Shown: positions 1 to 12,902 of the stretch, piece after piece | Position numbering within the stretch: position 1 is the stretch's first letter | Layout: every line of letters starts with the position of its first letter | Assembly: GCF_001194135.2 (NCBI RefSeq) | Contig: NC_068985.1 | Coordinates: 1,293,096-1,357,095, forward strand | Direction of reading: 5' to 3' | DNA from: Octopus bimaculoides | Lineage: Eukaryota | DNA: 64,000 nucleotides | Position numbers and translations under genes: made by a program | The notes under the pieces: model-generated | Told to the model about the DNA's origin: nothing | What the model saw: the letters and a program-made list of their open reading frames with translations, nothing else | The model's database searches: none

Positions 1-642
1 ATCATGAACAGAATCCTGGCCAAGACTATTACCTTATCAGCATCATTATTTCCACATCTAATGCCATCTTTATCATCGCCAACAGCAATGCAACCAGCGT
101 ATTATAACTGTCGCTGCCATCCTCACAACCACTGACATCTTTAATGTCATTATGAATACCAAATGCCACTCCCACCATACCACTACCTCCACTATCACCG
201 CCGCCACTACTACCACCACCACCATTATCTTTAATATCACTAGGAGCATCACTACGACCCTCGATGTATAACCATCCCCATAACCATCACTGTCTGCAAT
301 GACTACAAAAACGAAACCATTTGAATCAACAAGAATGCTTCTATGCAGTTATGCAGTATACTAGAAATAGCAACCAAATTTTCTTCAAATCACATTCTAC
401 CTTCTTTAAATAGAAATAACCCTGACAATGCCGAGTGTAGAGTTTGTAGAGGTTAATAACGATGGTTCTCCACTGTTGCTGTTCTTTGTGACTCACTCTT
501 TGAAGTTCTTGTGGTGGCCACAGTGAAGACAGAATAGCTAAAGGAATTAGGAACAGGATAATTGCCATTGTGCAACAGAGTTTTCTAGAACTCTACTTTT
601 CAGCTCAGTGCTTTATACTAATCAGTTAATTGTCTCTATGGC

Positions 643-959
643 CAGAGGCGGACTGGGTCTAAAAATATTGGTTGCCAGGAGACTAAGAGGGCCCACCCGC
701 AACTACAAGGAGGCCACCCACAACTACAATGCTATCATTTATTTATTTATTTTTTTTGTTAAAAGTATTCTTTCCAACTATCTACAAACACAGCCAGGGT
801 GAAATAATAAATGCATTCTTCCAGGAGTGAATAAAAAATTCTCAAACTTGAGGGGATGTCCCCCTTAGATACTAACATGGGCCCCCCATATATGGATTCT
901 AATGGTGCAGGGGCCCACTTGCCATCAGGCAAGCTGGTAAGCTGGCCAGTCCGCCACAG
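643..959. mobile_element. hAT-type MITE
   Basis: 14-bp TIRs CAGAGGCGGACTGG (643-656) and CCAGTCCGCCACAG (946-959), 12/14 match. 8-bp flanks TCTATGGC/GTTATGGC (6/8) fit a decayed hAT TSD. Non-coding interior. Confidence 0.8.
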
Positions 960-992
960 GTTATGGCAATGTTTGTGCACACTGGTTTTCAG

Positions 993-1063
993 GGCAAGAG
1001 GTGTTGTAGATATTCCTGAGAAGTTAAGAATTATTGAAAAGGTAGCGTCAAATACTGGAATGG
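993..1063 (+). CDS. Internal exon, putative divergent homeodomain helix 2 region (xARGVVDIPEKLRIIEKVASNTGM)
   Basis: Acceptor ggttttcag|G, donor ATGG|gtaagt, open frame, phase 2 to 1. Amphipathic-helix-like peptide. Confidence 0.65.
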
Positions 1064-1299
1064 GTAAGTGTTACTGTGGTAACAAATTGTTACATGTGTG
1101 TTCAAGTGGTCTAGAATGGTGTCATTGCTTTTTCTTCTTTGTAGCTTGATGTGAAAAGATTGGGTAGGGCTCCAGACAGCACCGTTTATGGTCTACAAGG
1201 GATTTAATGCATTGTTTTTGAGGAAATGTGAGATCTCTAAATGAGTTCAGTATGTTTGTGTATTGCATCATGTTTTCCTGCTGTCTTCCATGTTTCCTC

Positions 1300-1610
1300 T
1301 GAACATGATAGACATGTTTGTTATCATCATCATTGCTGCCATCACCACCACCACCATCACCACCAACTCCATCATCATCATCATCATCATCATCACCAAC
1401 GCCACCACTACCACCACTGCCAACTCCATAGTCATCATTACCATCAACAACTCTATGGCCACCACCACCACCACCATCACCAACTGCATTATAATCATCA
1501 TCCTCATTGCCGCCTTCACCCCTCCATCACCACCACCACTAACTTCATCATCATCATCATCATCATTGCCACCATACCACCTCCATCATCATCATCATTA
1601 TAATCAATTT
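1300..1610. repeat. Degenerate (CAT/CAC)n trinucleotide tract
   Basis: Directly visible. Produces the poly-His/Thr/Ile pseudo-ORFs. A similar tract lies at 1-340. Confidence 0.9.
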
Positions 1611-1736
1611 TGTGTATAGGCAATGTATGTGCCATTGAGTGTGATGATTGTTTTATCTGGTGTTTGTTGGTAAAAAAGATGGTGAATCTGGCAGGTGACA
1701 CTGTTTCAAGTTATGTTTCTAAGTGATTTATGTCAG

Positions 1737-1758
1737 ATGAAAGAGTTGTGAATATTTG
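1737..1758 (+). CDS. 22-nt micro-exon DERVVNI(W), putative homeodomain helix 3 start
   Basis: Acceptor gatttatgtcag|, donor TG|gtaaca. Phase 1 start joins exon 993-1063 in frame to give VASNTGMDERVVNI-TG. The last codon is split, so W is inferred. Confidence 0.55.
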
Positions 1759-4579
1759 GTAACAGAGAGAAAGGTGCTAAAACACTTTAATAGTAATTTT
1801 CATCAGAATGACACAAAAATTTTAAAAAATAACTCACGTAATCAAGATCAAAAGCTTTTGGTTGTAATCATTAACTTCTGCATTTTTTTCCCAATTTCTC
1901 AACCTGACTGCATTTGGAAAAAAAAAATCTATCCTTTACAATTTTATTGGTGCTATTATCCATAATTTTAAAACTATAAAAACGTGTGTTCCACCAGTAG
2001 GACTTTTATATTTGTGCAAAATATGTGAGAATATTTTGCATAAATTTAAAAAATTAGATTTTATTGATGCCTGTTCTAAAAGTCCTCAATCAAGACTACC
2101 GTGGTTTTCATTAGAATAACTTCATGATTAGGTGCTTTTAGTTAAAAACATTACACACTGTAAAACATCTGTTCGTAAATTATCAAGATATTTAATATAC
2201 TTTCATATAGTTTACTTCTATTAATTTGCATCCATTAAGTCATAGAAATATATGTAAATTACTTCCACATGTCTGGTAAATTTGGGCAAATATTTTACAT
2301 CTCATAGGCTTTAAGTTAATAGTGGTTGTCTTGGCAAATTAGGAAAGCAGATTCTGCTTTAATAATTAAGTTATTTGCAAGACAATAACAGTAGTCTTTC
2401 CTGTTGATGGAAAATATATTAACATATTTAAGAGAGCACATCAAAAAGCTAACTTGGAAACAATTATATAGCAAGGAAAAAGTTAATATTAGTCAAGGAC
2501 TAATATCAGTTTTATTCTTTCAGCAAGTACAAGAGATAACTTTGAACATGTTTTTGTCTTATTAAACCTCATCAGTTGAAGTTGTGATTTACTAAGTGAA
2601 TGTATAATAAGTACACTTGTAGGTATATAAAAATAGAAGTTTTTGTAGATTCTACGTAAATACCAATAAAGTTTATGATCAGTATGAAACTATGAATATC
2701 ATTAAGTGAATATAAGATAAAGAAGTAAAGTGTTCCGGAGAATTCAGTCCTGGGAAGAAATGAATGGTTAAAGATTTTCCTACCAGATCTGACAAGTAAT
2801 TTAATGATGGAAATGAAGGGAAGAGGGACACGTAAAACTATTAGGATTCTCTGAGGTGGTGACTGCTCTGAATGATATGGAATAAATGAAAGAGTGTTGG
2901 ATGGTGAATGAGTACCTATCAAGTGGGTGTCTTTTATGTCAATGCTATGTAGAATGTTGTTTATAGGGTGGGTGTACTATCTTAGATATGTGAGAAATAG
3001 GCAAGTGAAGGCTGGAGGCAGATATTTTACAAATGAAGATACTCAGACAGGGTGGTTTTATTTTTTGTATTCTTATGGTACCAATTTATATGAGAAGCAG
3101 GAATCAGGATGAATGATTATTTTACAACTGATTTAGAATGATAATTACAAAGAGTACTCCATAAATTGCTGAGTGAAGAATACATCGAGAACCACAGTTG
3201 GATAAATTGACAAAATGCTGTTTAGAAAGAATGTTGAATTTTCATACTGAGTCATCAGAACTGCTGTGATATTGGAGGAAAGAAATTCACTTAACATTCG
3301 ATGGCCAAATCAATCAAAAATAGGTATTAAAGGAATAATTTTTCATTCTAAGCAGCAGGGTAGCATAATTGACATGTGCTCCATTAGTTTGACATGTTGA
3401 GCTCAAGAACAAAAACAATCCTACTCAGCATGGTTTTAAAACTACCTCAGTGATCAAAGGACACAAGAAGCCCAGTCTTATTACATTTACCACTGGTGGT
3501 TTTATGATATATCTTGTAATGATGAAATTTCTCGATTAGATTAACAGTAGATCAACTATGATCTTTCATGCAAAAGAAGAAATGAAAGAAAAAAAATGAC
3601 ATGTATAAATCTCCTGGATTAGGTAAGTTTAACATAGGAATCAAAAGTCCATCATTTTAACCAGCTTGGAAATTGTATCAGTTTTATGAAATGGTAATTA
3701 TTTCTGTAAAACTCTGGATTTTAACAGATAGGCAAAGCATATGAGACATTAAATAAAAGAAATAAATGGTTGAAATGCTGCAGCAACCAATTAATTTTAG
3801 GTTTGAGTAACCAGAATAAAGGTCCAAAAACCAGTGCAAAATGGAGATCCTTTTTGTATGTGGAGTTTATTCAGTCCCAGTTGCCTGTGTGTTGGGACAA
3901 TAAAAGATGCAATCCAACAAAGAACTAAAGTTATCTAAAGGAATGTAAAAGTATTATGATAGCAGAAAATCATTGAGAAAAAAAGAAGCAATAATTTAAA
4001 AAGAAAATTTTTTTCTGGCACCATGTCTGTGACAAAGGATTACCTAAGCCTCATAAGATCCCAATACTTCACACATATTCAAAAGTCAATGCATAAATAA
4101 TGTAGTCTTTGTATATAAATGTTTTATTTATGCAAGTTGTTAGGCAATAAATTCATTTTCAATCTCTAGTATTATCATATGTAAGCGCTTTACCTTCAAA
4201 ATCCCTCAACTAAATCACACATCAATCAAATTAATGTAAAAATGAGAAAAGAAAGAAAAATATTTGAAATAATGTAAATCAATATCTATAGAAACGAAAA
4301 GAATTTTGATAGAAATAAAGAAAATGCATTAAAGAAATAAAGAAATACATTAAAGTCTTCAGTACTTAAGATAAAGATGCGAAGCGGCAACGGGTTTTCC
4401 TCTTTGCTTTTTTTGGTTTTTTTTTACATTTTCAATTTCCTTTTATTGTGTGGAACACAATCTGTCATTAATAAGAAAAAAACTCAATCCTCAAAAATTC
4501 TTTGTATGCATAAAATGTATATACATACATACTTATACATAGCTACCTAAATATATATGTATATATATATGTGTGTGTG

Positions 4580-4615
<36 letters not shown>

Positions 4616-5175
4616 TGCACATATACACTTACTGAGAGTGAAAGAGAGTGAAAGCAACAGAGATCAAATAGATTGTTGACCACAATACGACCTTTCAGAT
4701 TAGTGCAAATAAACTCTTATTTATTAATTGGAATTAGAGATATATATCTCTGATCTTACAATCACCACCATCTTCAGAATATCTTGCAGGTGTCTTCCTC
4801 ATTGTTTTCAATTCGATTAGACTAGCAAATTGAAATGCCAAATGACTTAATTGTCAGAGATGTCAATAATGCTGTTTCTCATTGGTGTATAGTTAGTCTC
4901 CAATGTACTTACTAAATCTCTTACTCGTCATGCTGCAATTTGGCATTGACAATCCACAAGCATCAGAAATTTCTTCAGTTTAGCAATTATATTATCGTTA
5001 TTATTATAACAAAGGCATTATTATTGCCAAATTGACAGCAGACAAGTGAGGAATTATTTTCAAATTCGAAGGCAATCACACATTAGTCAAACTAGTTTGC
5101 TATTTAATTCTAAATATTCTAGTATCGATAATGTTGTATGCGTTGATTCAATACATGCATATACATATATATATA

Positions 5176-5360
5176 NNNNNNNNNNNNNNNNNNNNNNNNN
5201 NNNNNNNNNNNNNNNNNNNNNNNNNNNNNNNNNNNNNNNNNNNNNNNNNNNNNNNNNNNNNNNNNNNNNNNNNNNNNNNNNNNNNNNNNNNNNNNNNNNN
5301 NNNNNNNNNNNNNNNNNNNNNNNNNNNNNNNNNNNNNNNNNNNNNNNNNNNNNNNNNNNN
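5176..5360. other. Assembly gap (first of ten)
   Basis: N-run. Others at 9848-10116, 17676-17824, 21321-21552, 22765-23111, 34859-34868, 36165-36174, 41005-41474, 43252-43349 and 56173-56182, mostly flanked by microsatellites. Confidence 1.
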
Positions 5361-5369
5361 TATATATAT

Positions 5370-5685
5370 CGCATTCCTGGCACGTGTAAAGACATTCGAG
5401 CGAGATCGTTGCCAGTGCCACTGGACTGGCTCCTGTGCAGGTGGCATGTAAAATACACCATTTTGAGTGTGGCTGTTGCCAGTACCGCCTGACTGGCCTC
5501 CATGCTGGTGGCGCGTAAAAGCATGCACTGCACTCTTGGAGTGGTTGGTGTTAGGAAGGGCATCCAGCTGTAGAAACTCTGCCAAATCAGATTGGAACCT
5601 GGTGTAGCCATCTGGTTCACCAGTCCTCAGTCAAATCGTTCAACCCATGCTAACATGGAAAGCAGATTTTAAATGATGATGATGA

Positions 5686-5690
<5 letters not shown>
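5370..5690 (+). mobile_element. SINE-like family B with (GAT)n tail
   Basis: Shared core GGAAGGGCATCCAGCTGTAGAAAC...CAACCCATGCnAGCATGG and (GAT)n tail. Recurs at about 6955-7235(+), 17885-18230(+), 23330-23675(+), 31084-31250(+), 43040-43251(+), 49150-49590(-), 51585-51900(-), 53755-53990(-) and 61025-61370(+). Confidence 0.85.
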
Positions 5691-5731
<41 letters not shown>

Positions 5732-5737
5732 GAAATT

Positions 5738-5935
5738 TGCAGGAAAACAAAAGACAAAGACAGGTGTATAAACAACAAACAGGTGTATTAAGCTAATGCT
5801 TGGGATAGTGAGAAAATCTTTTATGCTTCGAACCTATGCTCTTCAACAGAAAAGAACACAAGGAAATAAACAGAGAGCAAATAAAAAAAACTTTTGGAGC
5901 TGGCGGTCAATCATGGTGGTTGGATGGGCAGAAGT
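5738..5935 (-). mobile_element. Short PLE-terminal-like repeat (family H2) with a decayed hammerhead-like motif at 5817-5854
   Basis: Homologous to 30860-31050 and 36175-36400. Minus strand reads CTGTTGA-A-GAGC-ATAG-GTTC-GAAG-CATA. The PLE link is inferred. Confidence 0.6.
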
Positions 5936-5977
5936 AGTTAAACAGGAGAGCTAGGAAGAAATATATGCATACATACA

Positions 5978-6031
<54 letters not shown>

Positions 6032-6204
6032 CAAATGAAAAATGTATTGTCAATAAACTATGATAGATAGGAAACCAAAACTTGTAACTGATAAAGAATT
6101 AGGGACTCTCTGTGTCTTAAACATATATGTTTTAATGTCATCATTTATTTGCAACACATTTTTTTTTATCTATGTAGTAATGATATGCAACACACAACCA
6201 ATGT

Positions 6205-6546
6205 TGGGAGGATGGATGGAGGCATGACGTCGCCATCACTTGTGATCCCTCCAAACACCCTGATGTTGACTGGATGTTTGATTTTTATCACTCTTGGTAT
6301 ATACACAGTCCTCAAATTGACACCCAAACACTCTGAAATGTTCATATTGGAGCTTCTGGACAAGCAGTACAGCATGTCATTTGCAAATTTCTGGCAGAGT
6401 GAATTGTGTTACGGTGCTGTATTTCTCAGAAATAGTCCCCAACTGACCCTACTATACTGTGTAGTGAACAAGAGCAAATAATAAACAATGCTCATGCATG
6501 AAGTTAAAAGTAGAAAATGGTGAAGATTTAGCCATCGCATCCTGTA
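6205..6546 (-). mobile_element. Internally deleted Tc1/mariner 5' fragment
   Basis: TA + CAGGATGC terminus at 6546-6537. The N-terminal-like peptide NISECLGVNLRTV is fused to the internal segment KHPVNIRVFGGITSDGDVMPP. Confidence 0.6.
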
Positions 6547-6759
6547 TATATGTGTGTGTGTGTGTGTGGGTGTGTGTGTGTGTATCTGTGTCTGTGTATC
6601 TGTGTGTGTGTGTATTCTCACCAGTCACAACATCTCCCCACTCCCATTCCCTACTCTTGGCAATTCCTCGCAATATATAGTATGACCTCCATACCTTGAG
6701 TGTATGCCTTGGCATTTTGCTGCCATCTCTCTCTCTCTCTCTCTCTCTGTTTCTCTTTT

Positions 6760-6790
<31 letters not shown>

Positions 6791-7980
6791 TTCTCTCTCT
6801 CTCTCCCTCTATCTAACTGGGTAACCATGTACCTCCTTTACAGCAAGACATCTGTCTCTGCCTCTCTGTCACACTCTATCCTTTCATCATTTGAGAAAAA
6901 CAAATCGCCCGTTCCAATGCCCCCTCCCCTCTCCAAGATTCTTTGTGTTGTAACTTACTGTGTGACCCTGCCAGTGTTGGTGCCATGTAAATGATATCCA
7001 GTCCACATTGTAAAGGAGTTTGCATTTCGAAGGGCATCCAGCTGTAACAACTTTGCCAGAACTGACCTCGTCTGTGTTGGTTCCACTCTGCAGGATGGTT
7101 GGTGTCAGCAAGGTCATCCAGCCGTAAACACAATGCCAAAACAGACAGAGAAGTATGGTGCAGGCTCCTGCCTGGCCAGTTTCTGCCAAACCATCCAACC
7201 CATGCCAGCATGGAAAGCAGACATTAAACAATGAGGATATGTATACACACCCTCATCATACTTAATAAAAATTCAGTGAGTGACAAACCTGGATGATTTG
7301 TGTAGTGAATGCCGCAGAAAGCCACACAAGTCATGAATTCACTTTCTGCCTCCTGAACAATTTTTAAATCCAAAGTTCAAACACTGGATAAAGTCAGTAT
7401 AAATTCAGTACATAGTCAGATTATAATGGAAAAAAACACAAGAATAATGAAAACACAAAATAATGAAGATTTATTTGTGATTAATCACCTACATACGTTT
7501 TAAATAGGATAGTATACTACAAAATGATGGTGTGCAACACTTATGCACAGAATAATCAATTCCACATTTGATCTATCAAATTAAAATACTATCATGAGAG
7601 TGCGAGGGGGAGAGAAAGACAGAGGGAAAGCAGGAGAGAGAGAGGGGGAAAGGGAGAGAAAACATGATAGAGGATTCCAGCACCGTTCTATTCTCATGAA
7701 GGCTATAACACTACTGCTCATAGTTTAGAATATTTTAAGGAAGAAAGTAGTAAATTTGTGTCAGCTCATCCTTTCACTTATATTTGATCGTTTCAGCAGG
7801 TCAAAGGGTAAACTTGCTTCGGATTTATATTCATCAATTTATCAGATCATGACATCATTGCAATTTAATACATATTTTATACAAGCATTCCAGACAACTA
7901 GATGAATACAAACAACAGCACTCAGTGCAGGACACATCTATATTTTTGCTGTCCAGTTTATATACAAATAGAGAGTAAGG

Positions 7981-8350
7981 TGTGGAGACGCAATGGTCCA
8001 GTGGTTAGGGCAGTGGACTCGTGGTCAGAGGATCGTGGTTTCGATTCCCAGATCTGGTGTTGTGAGGGTTTATTGAGCGAAATCACCTAAAGCTCCACAA
8101 GACTCTGACAGTGGGTGGTGGCGAACCCTGCTGTACTCTTTCACCACAACTTTCTCACTCTTTCTTCCTGTTTCTGTGGTACCTGTATTTTAAAGGGCCA
8201 GCCTTGTCACACTGTGTCACACTGAATCTCCCTGAGAACTACGTTAAGGGTACACATGTCTGTGGAGTGCTCAACCACATGCACGTTAATTTCACGAGCA
8301 GGCTGTTCTGTTGATGAGATCAACTGCAATTCTCATCCTCATAACCGACG
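7981..8350 (+). mobile_element. tRNA-derived SINE, near full length
   Basis: Pol III A box TGGTCCAGTGG and B box GTTTCGATTCC in a tRNA-like head, followed by about 300 bp of body. Confidence 0.8.
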
Positions 8351-10116
8351 GAGTGCCAGATAGTAAGGTATGTTGAAATAAATTTATTCATTAGATTGAT
8401 TAATGAGGTCAAAATAAATTGTAATTTTATCGGTAATATATCTTAATATATATGCAATGGATAGCGAAAGACTGGCTGAAGTAATGAGAATGCTAAAAGA
8501 AAAATATTAGGAAAAATGCTATTCATTATGGCAAATATTCCATTTCACACAAGAATACTATATATTATATTCCAAATTAAGATGAGATTAATCAGATAAA
8601 GCAATTTTAAAAGTAGAAAACATAAAATAAATTCTCAATAAAAGTGACTAAATTAAATCAGGGGCTACTTACTCTGATACTTGTCATTTAATTAGATAAT
8701 CTTGTATATAATAAGTTAATCCTAAGAAACATAAAACAAGTTATTTTAAATTTAAAAATACAGAAATTAAAGATTCAACATTTTATGTATACTATATAAT
8801 TAAAAATTAAAAGATAATTTGAAATTAATTATCTTAAAAAATAATGAAATCATTTAAAATATTTTAAAAACTTAAAATTTAAAAAATTTTAATAATTTTA
8901 AAAAGTGATACTTATAAAGTTAGAATAATTAAAATAATTGAAAGCAATTTGATTATATATACTAAATTATACTAGCTACACTAAATATAACAGATCAAGA
9001 AAAAGCAGACTCGACCCATTATATTATTGTTGCATTGATCCTTATTATTTTTATTTATTGAGGAAGGTTTTGAAAGTTCTTGTAAATAAATGTATACAGT
9101 ATAACAACAATTCATCTATTTTGTTTAATATGTTCCATTTGGAAGTAAGGATATGCTGTGTCTCTTAAAGGCATGAATTGCACTTTACTTTTATGCTATT
9201 GTAGGGTAGAATGCTACCTATTATAGACCATTTACTTTCATACCTAGCATTCTTTGTTTTATGACTCCAGATAGATTTACATAAAGTAGTGAAGTTTACT
9301 TTCAATATTTAAACAAAGAAAGTGGTTATATAATCTTAATTTAAACCTCGTTGCTCAAGTGCTTATATAACAGCAGATATATTTCCCTGTTAATACTGAA
9401 CACTTATAAGCTATGCCTTTTTAAGTATTGATTCTTTAATAAGAAGTTTAGCTGATTTCTAAACTTATATGACCAGTTAGGCTTATCCTTAGATCGTTCT
9501 CTATCTCAAAGGTTCACATTCCATCTATTGTCAGCATAAATTGTTGAGCTAGGAACATTTATCATCATCATCATCATCATCTATATATGATATATTTGAC
9601 ATGCTCACAGTATCTCTATTTAAATTGAATGTTTCTGATTCATTCCATTTTACTCAAGGTGGCTTATAATTGTCATTTTTCTTATTATTATCAATAACAT
9701 TAATACGCCAATTTGTTCCTTTTGTACGTACCTGGCGTGTGTGTCACACTTACATCAAAGAAGAAGTGAGTGGCAAAACGAGAGAGAAGAGGACAGAGAA
9801 GAAGTAAGAGAGACAGAGTGAGAGAGAAAGAGAGAGACTAAGAGAGANNNNNNNNNNNNNNNNNNNNNNNNNNNNNNNNNNNNNNNNNNNNNNNNNNNNN
9901 NNNNNNNNNNNNNNNNNNNNNNNNNNNNNNNNNNNNNNNNNNNNNNNNNNNNNNNNNNNNNNNNNNNNNNNNNNNNNNNNNNNNNNNNNNNNNNNNNNNN
10001 NNNNNNNNNNNNNNNNNNNNNNNNNNNNNNNNNNNNNNNNNNNNNNNNNNNNNNNNNNNNNNNNNNNNNNNNNNNNNNNNNNNNNNNNNNNNNNNNNNNN
10101 NNNNNNNNNNNNNNNN

Positions 10117-10650
10117 GCATGCTATATCTATCATCCAGCATAGTTTGTTTTCTTTCTCAATTAAGACTATGTCTGGCTTCCTATTCTCTATCTCATGGTC
10201 GCCCTGAATCATGAAATCCCACAGGATCTTTGTATTATCATTTTCGATGATGCCTTCAAGTTTAAGGCTGTACGAATTTTTGGCTCGGTCAAGTCCAGTC
10301 CATACCTGTTGCAAAGAGTCCAATGGACAAGCCTTACTATATTGTCGTGGTGTCTCTTATATTCCTTCTGGCCTGGTGGCGTACATTGGCTGGTAATATG
10401 CCATACGGCTTCACCGTTTTGTCCACAGATTCTGCACTTATCACTTTCTGCTGTGTTGTCTATTCTCTATTTTATGTAGTTTGTTCTTAGTGCTTGCTCT
10501 TGCGCAGCACAGGTTAGAGCCTCCGTTTCCGGTTTTAAATCACTTTTCGTCATCCACAGCCATCTTTTTCTCTGTCTGTCTTATCTTCAACATCCCTATG
10601 AAATTGACCATGCACTCTTTTCTTTGCCTACCTATTTCCAGTTTTATTCA
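10117..10650 (-). mobile_element. R4/Dong-like RLE non-LTR retrotransposon fragment (zinc knuckle + RLE)
   Basis: Minus strand gives KSDLKPETEALTCAAQEQALRTNYI, CRICGQNGEAVWHITSQC and KILWDFMIQGDHEIENRKPDIVLIEKENKLCWMIDIAC, with stops and frameshifts. Confidence 0.9.
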
Positions 10651-10653
10651 TTC

Positions 10654-10659
10654 ATTATT

Positions 10660-10704
<45 letters not shown>

Positions 10705-12240
10705 GTTATTATTATTTTCCGATTGATTTTCATTTTATTTCATCTTCCTACTGGGTCTCAACCAGAGATCTAAGACACGTATATTTTAGATGGAGAGAAA
10801 ATTCCTGAGAATGTGGGTAGTTGATGTCAATACAATTTTTAAAGTCTCATAGATTGCTGGTTTCCTCGGAGTCTGGTAAAACAATTTGTCAGTATCTTTC
10901 TCGATCACTCCCAGGACATCTACAACAACTGGGATGGTTTTGGTTTTTAATTGCCATCTCTTAGATGTCTCAATTTCAAGGCCCTTATATTTCGATAATT
11001 TTTCAAATTCCTTTACTGTGAAGCTTCTATCAGTAGGCCCTCACATCTGTTAACAGGCATTTTTTTTGTCCTAGGTCTTTGATGACGATGTCTGATCTTT
11101 TAACATTTATTTGCCAGTCTGTATGTATCCCATAGGATGGCAACATTCTCTCCCTCAGTGACTGGCTCTGGATGGTGTTCATACAAGTTCTTAGGATGCA
11201 GGATATCATATAGATGGCATCCGCTGCAGTGAAAATATTGACCAGCTCAATCATGCCTGGTTTTAGATTCTGTAGGAATATAAATTTGGTAATTCTCTCT
11301 AGTTTGTCAATAATTTGGCAATACTCACAAGTTTGTCACTGCAGAGTCTACACTTTGTGTCTACCTCATTGTATGTAACATTAGCTAGATAGGTGAGGAG
11401 ACTCTGATCTTGTGCTGCTAGGATAAATCCTTCTGTTTCAGCTTTCAAAACCAGCATTCTGAAGCCACTAATGGGTTCTCATATCTACATCAGCTTCTCC
11501 AGCTCGTTTGGGAGTATTGCGCATGCAATGGTTTTTCTTGCCTCAGTCTTGATATTTCCTTCAAGCTTTCATCTTTGGCTTTTGTTTTAAACCTTTTTTA
11601 CTGCCTTAGTGAGTGGTGTGTCCTCCTACCATCATCATAATCAGAGCAGTTTAGCTCATGTCTGTATTTATATGCTTCCTTTAAGATTGAGTGCAGTTTC
11701 TTACTCTGTGTTGTTGTACCAGCTGTATAATCCAGTCGGTGTTACTTTAGATGTACACTTAGTGTCCTATTATGGTCATTTCATTGGACATTTAAAGCTG
11801 GATTAAGCCTCTGTCACCTTCCTTTTGTAGGAGATTGAGTCTGTGGACGTCTGATTTTGAGTGGTGCATCCTGTTTAGTGTCAGCAGTTTCTTGGTCTCT
11901 ATGTCCATATGCTGGAGATCACTCAGATTCCAACTGATGACATTAAGGCCCTACTGGACAATTGATATTACCAGGGAGTTTATGTCTGCGATTCTATTCT
12001 AAGAGTTCAATTCAGTATTCAGAACCATTCTGACGTGTCTATAATACTCTTTCCTGATCTTTTCTTTCATTGATCCATGTTGAATCCCTTTCCTTTTGTG
12101 TTCCCCAAGATACTTTTAAAGGCCTTCTTGGTCAAGGTCCTTAATAGATGTATCATGATCATGTTGGGTCATGGTATCAGCTGTTTATTATTTTGGTTTA
12201 GCTCAGGTTCAGTCTTGTCCCTGGTAGGATTCATGTGGGT
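10654..12240 (-). mobile_element. Second R4/Dong-like fragment (RT C-terminus to 3' end) with (AAT)n tail
   Basis: KYLG...MKEKIRKEYYRHVRMVLNTELNS and KRSDIVIKDLGQKKCLL. The tail is at 10654-10716. Many disablements. Confidence 0.85.
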
Positions 12241-12244
12241 AGCT

Positions 12245-12440
12245 GGTTACTACCTGTAACCTTAGCTATCCACAAGTTTCAGCAGTCTTTCAAGTGCTAA
12301 GAACCTTCTTGATAATCCTTGCTGTCCCTAAAACACAAACTTTCTGTTGGAGCTCTAGTGGGAATTCTATTCCAATTTCCTTCAGTCATTTGTCTATCTT
12401 GGCTTACCGTTTCCAACACATCAATTACACTGTATAACAA
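12245..12440 (-). mobile_element. Third R4/Dong-like C-terminal fragment
   Basis: VIDVLETVS...QKVCVLGTARIIKKVLST* matches the RLE LINE C-terminal pattern. Confidence 0.7.
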
Positions 12441-12902
12441 AAGAAAAAAAACCCAGAAATAAGAATAAACTTTTCTAGGGGTATTTTGTATAAAGATCAT
12501 GAATATAACATCCGTTTCTTTCTGTGATCCTCCAGTTTCTCGTAAATTACCATCTTACTTACATTAAATACACTGAAGGTTCTGTAGGAATTGAGTGCAA
12601 AACTGGATTGGGCCAAAACAGACAACTCTAAAAGTTATGAACGGATTTTGAAATAATTTCAATGGAGTGTTTCTAAGGTATTTGTCAACCTATCCAAAGA
12701 AAATTATAAAAGTATACTCAATATTTTCATAGTTATACGGGCCCAAATCTGTGGTAAATCTGAGAAGAAACCACACCTCATCACCCAACCTGAACTCTCA
12801 CTTTACAACCTTGGAATCAAACGTGCATGATGGGTCATCAATATTATTAGTCTGGTTAGTTTGTTCTGGAGAACTTTCCAGTCAGGAATAATTATGGATA
12901 AT

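Noticed and set aside
1241-1619. Poly-His/Thr/Ile ORFs, and similar YI/VC/HT/LS-repeat and X-filled ORFs throughout
   Set aside because: They are translations of microsatellites or N-gaps, open in several frames and without splice support.
2927-3112. ORF with YVRNRQVK (helix-3-like) and a faint LINE endonuclease resemblance
   Set aside because: No acceptor places it in frame after exon 1737-1758; the nearest acceptor creates TGA. Neither identity is supportable.
3228-3263. Minus-strand CTGATGA-CTCAGTAT-GAA-AATT-C-AAC hammerhead-like match
   Set aside because: The 8-nt connector cannot form stem II and stem I is only 3 bp, so chance is plausible.
4190-4825. Minus-strand candidate exons (LIELKTMRKTPARYSEDGGD and a 16-nt micro-exon)
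   Set aside because: Splice sites are plausible but joining gives a stop, there is no homology, and the strand conflicts with the better + exons. Not excluded.
7981-8060. tRNA gene (also 41960-42035 and 50060-50130)
   Set aside because: A and B boxes are present, but there is no complete acceptor stem and each runs into a SINE body or simple-repeat tail.
12415-12633. Minus-strand exon pair PSVYLIVIDVLET
   Set aside because: The second part is the decayed VVIGALGTV-like motif of an R4/Dong C-terminus.
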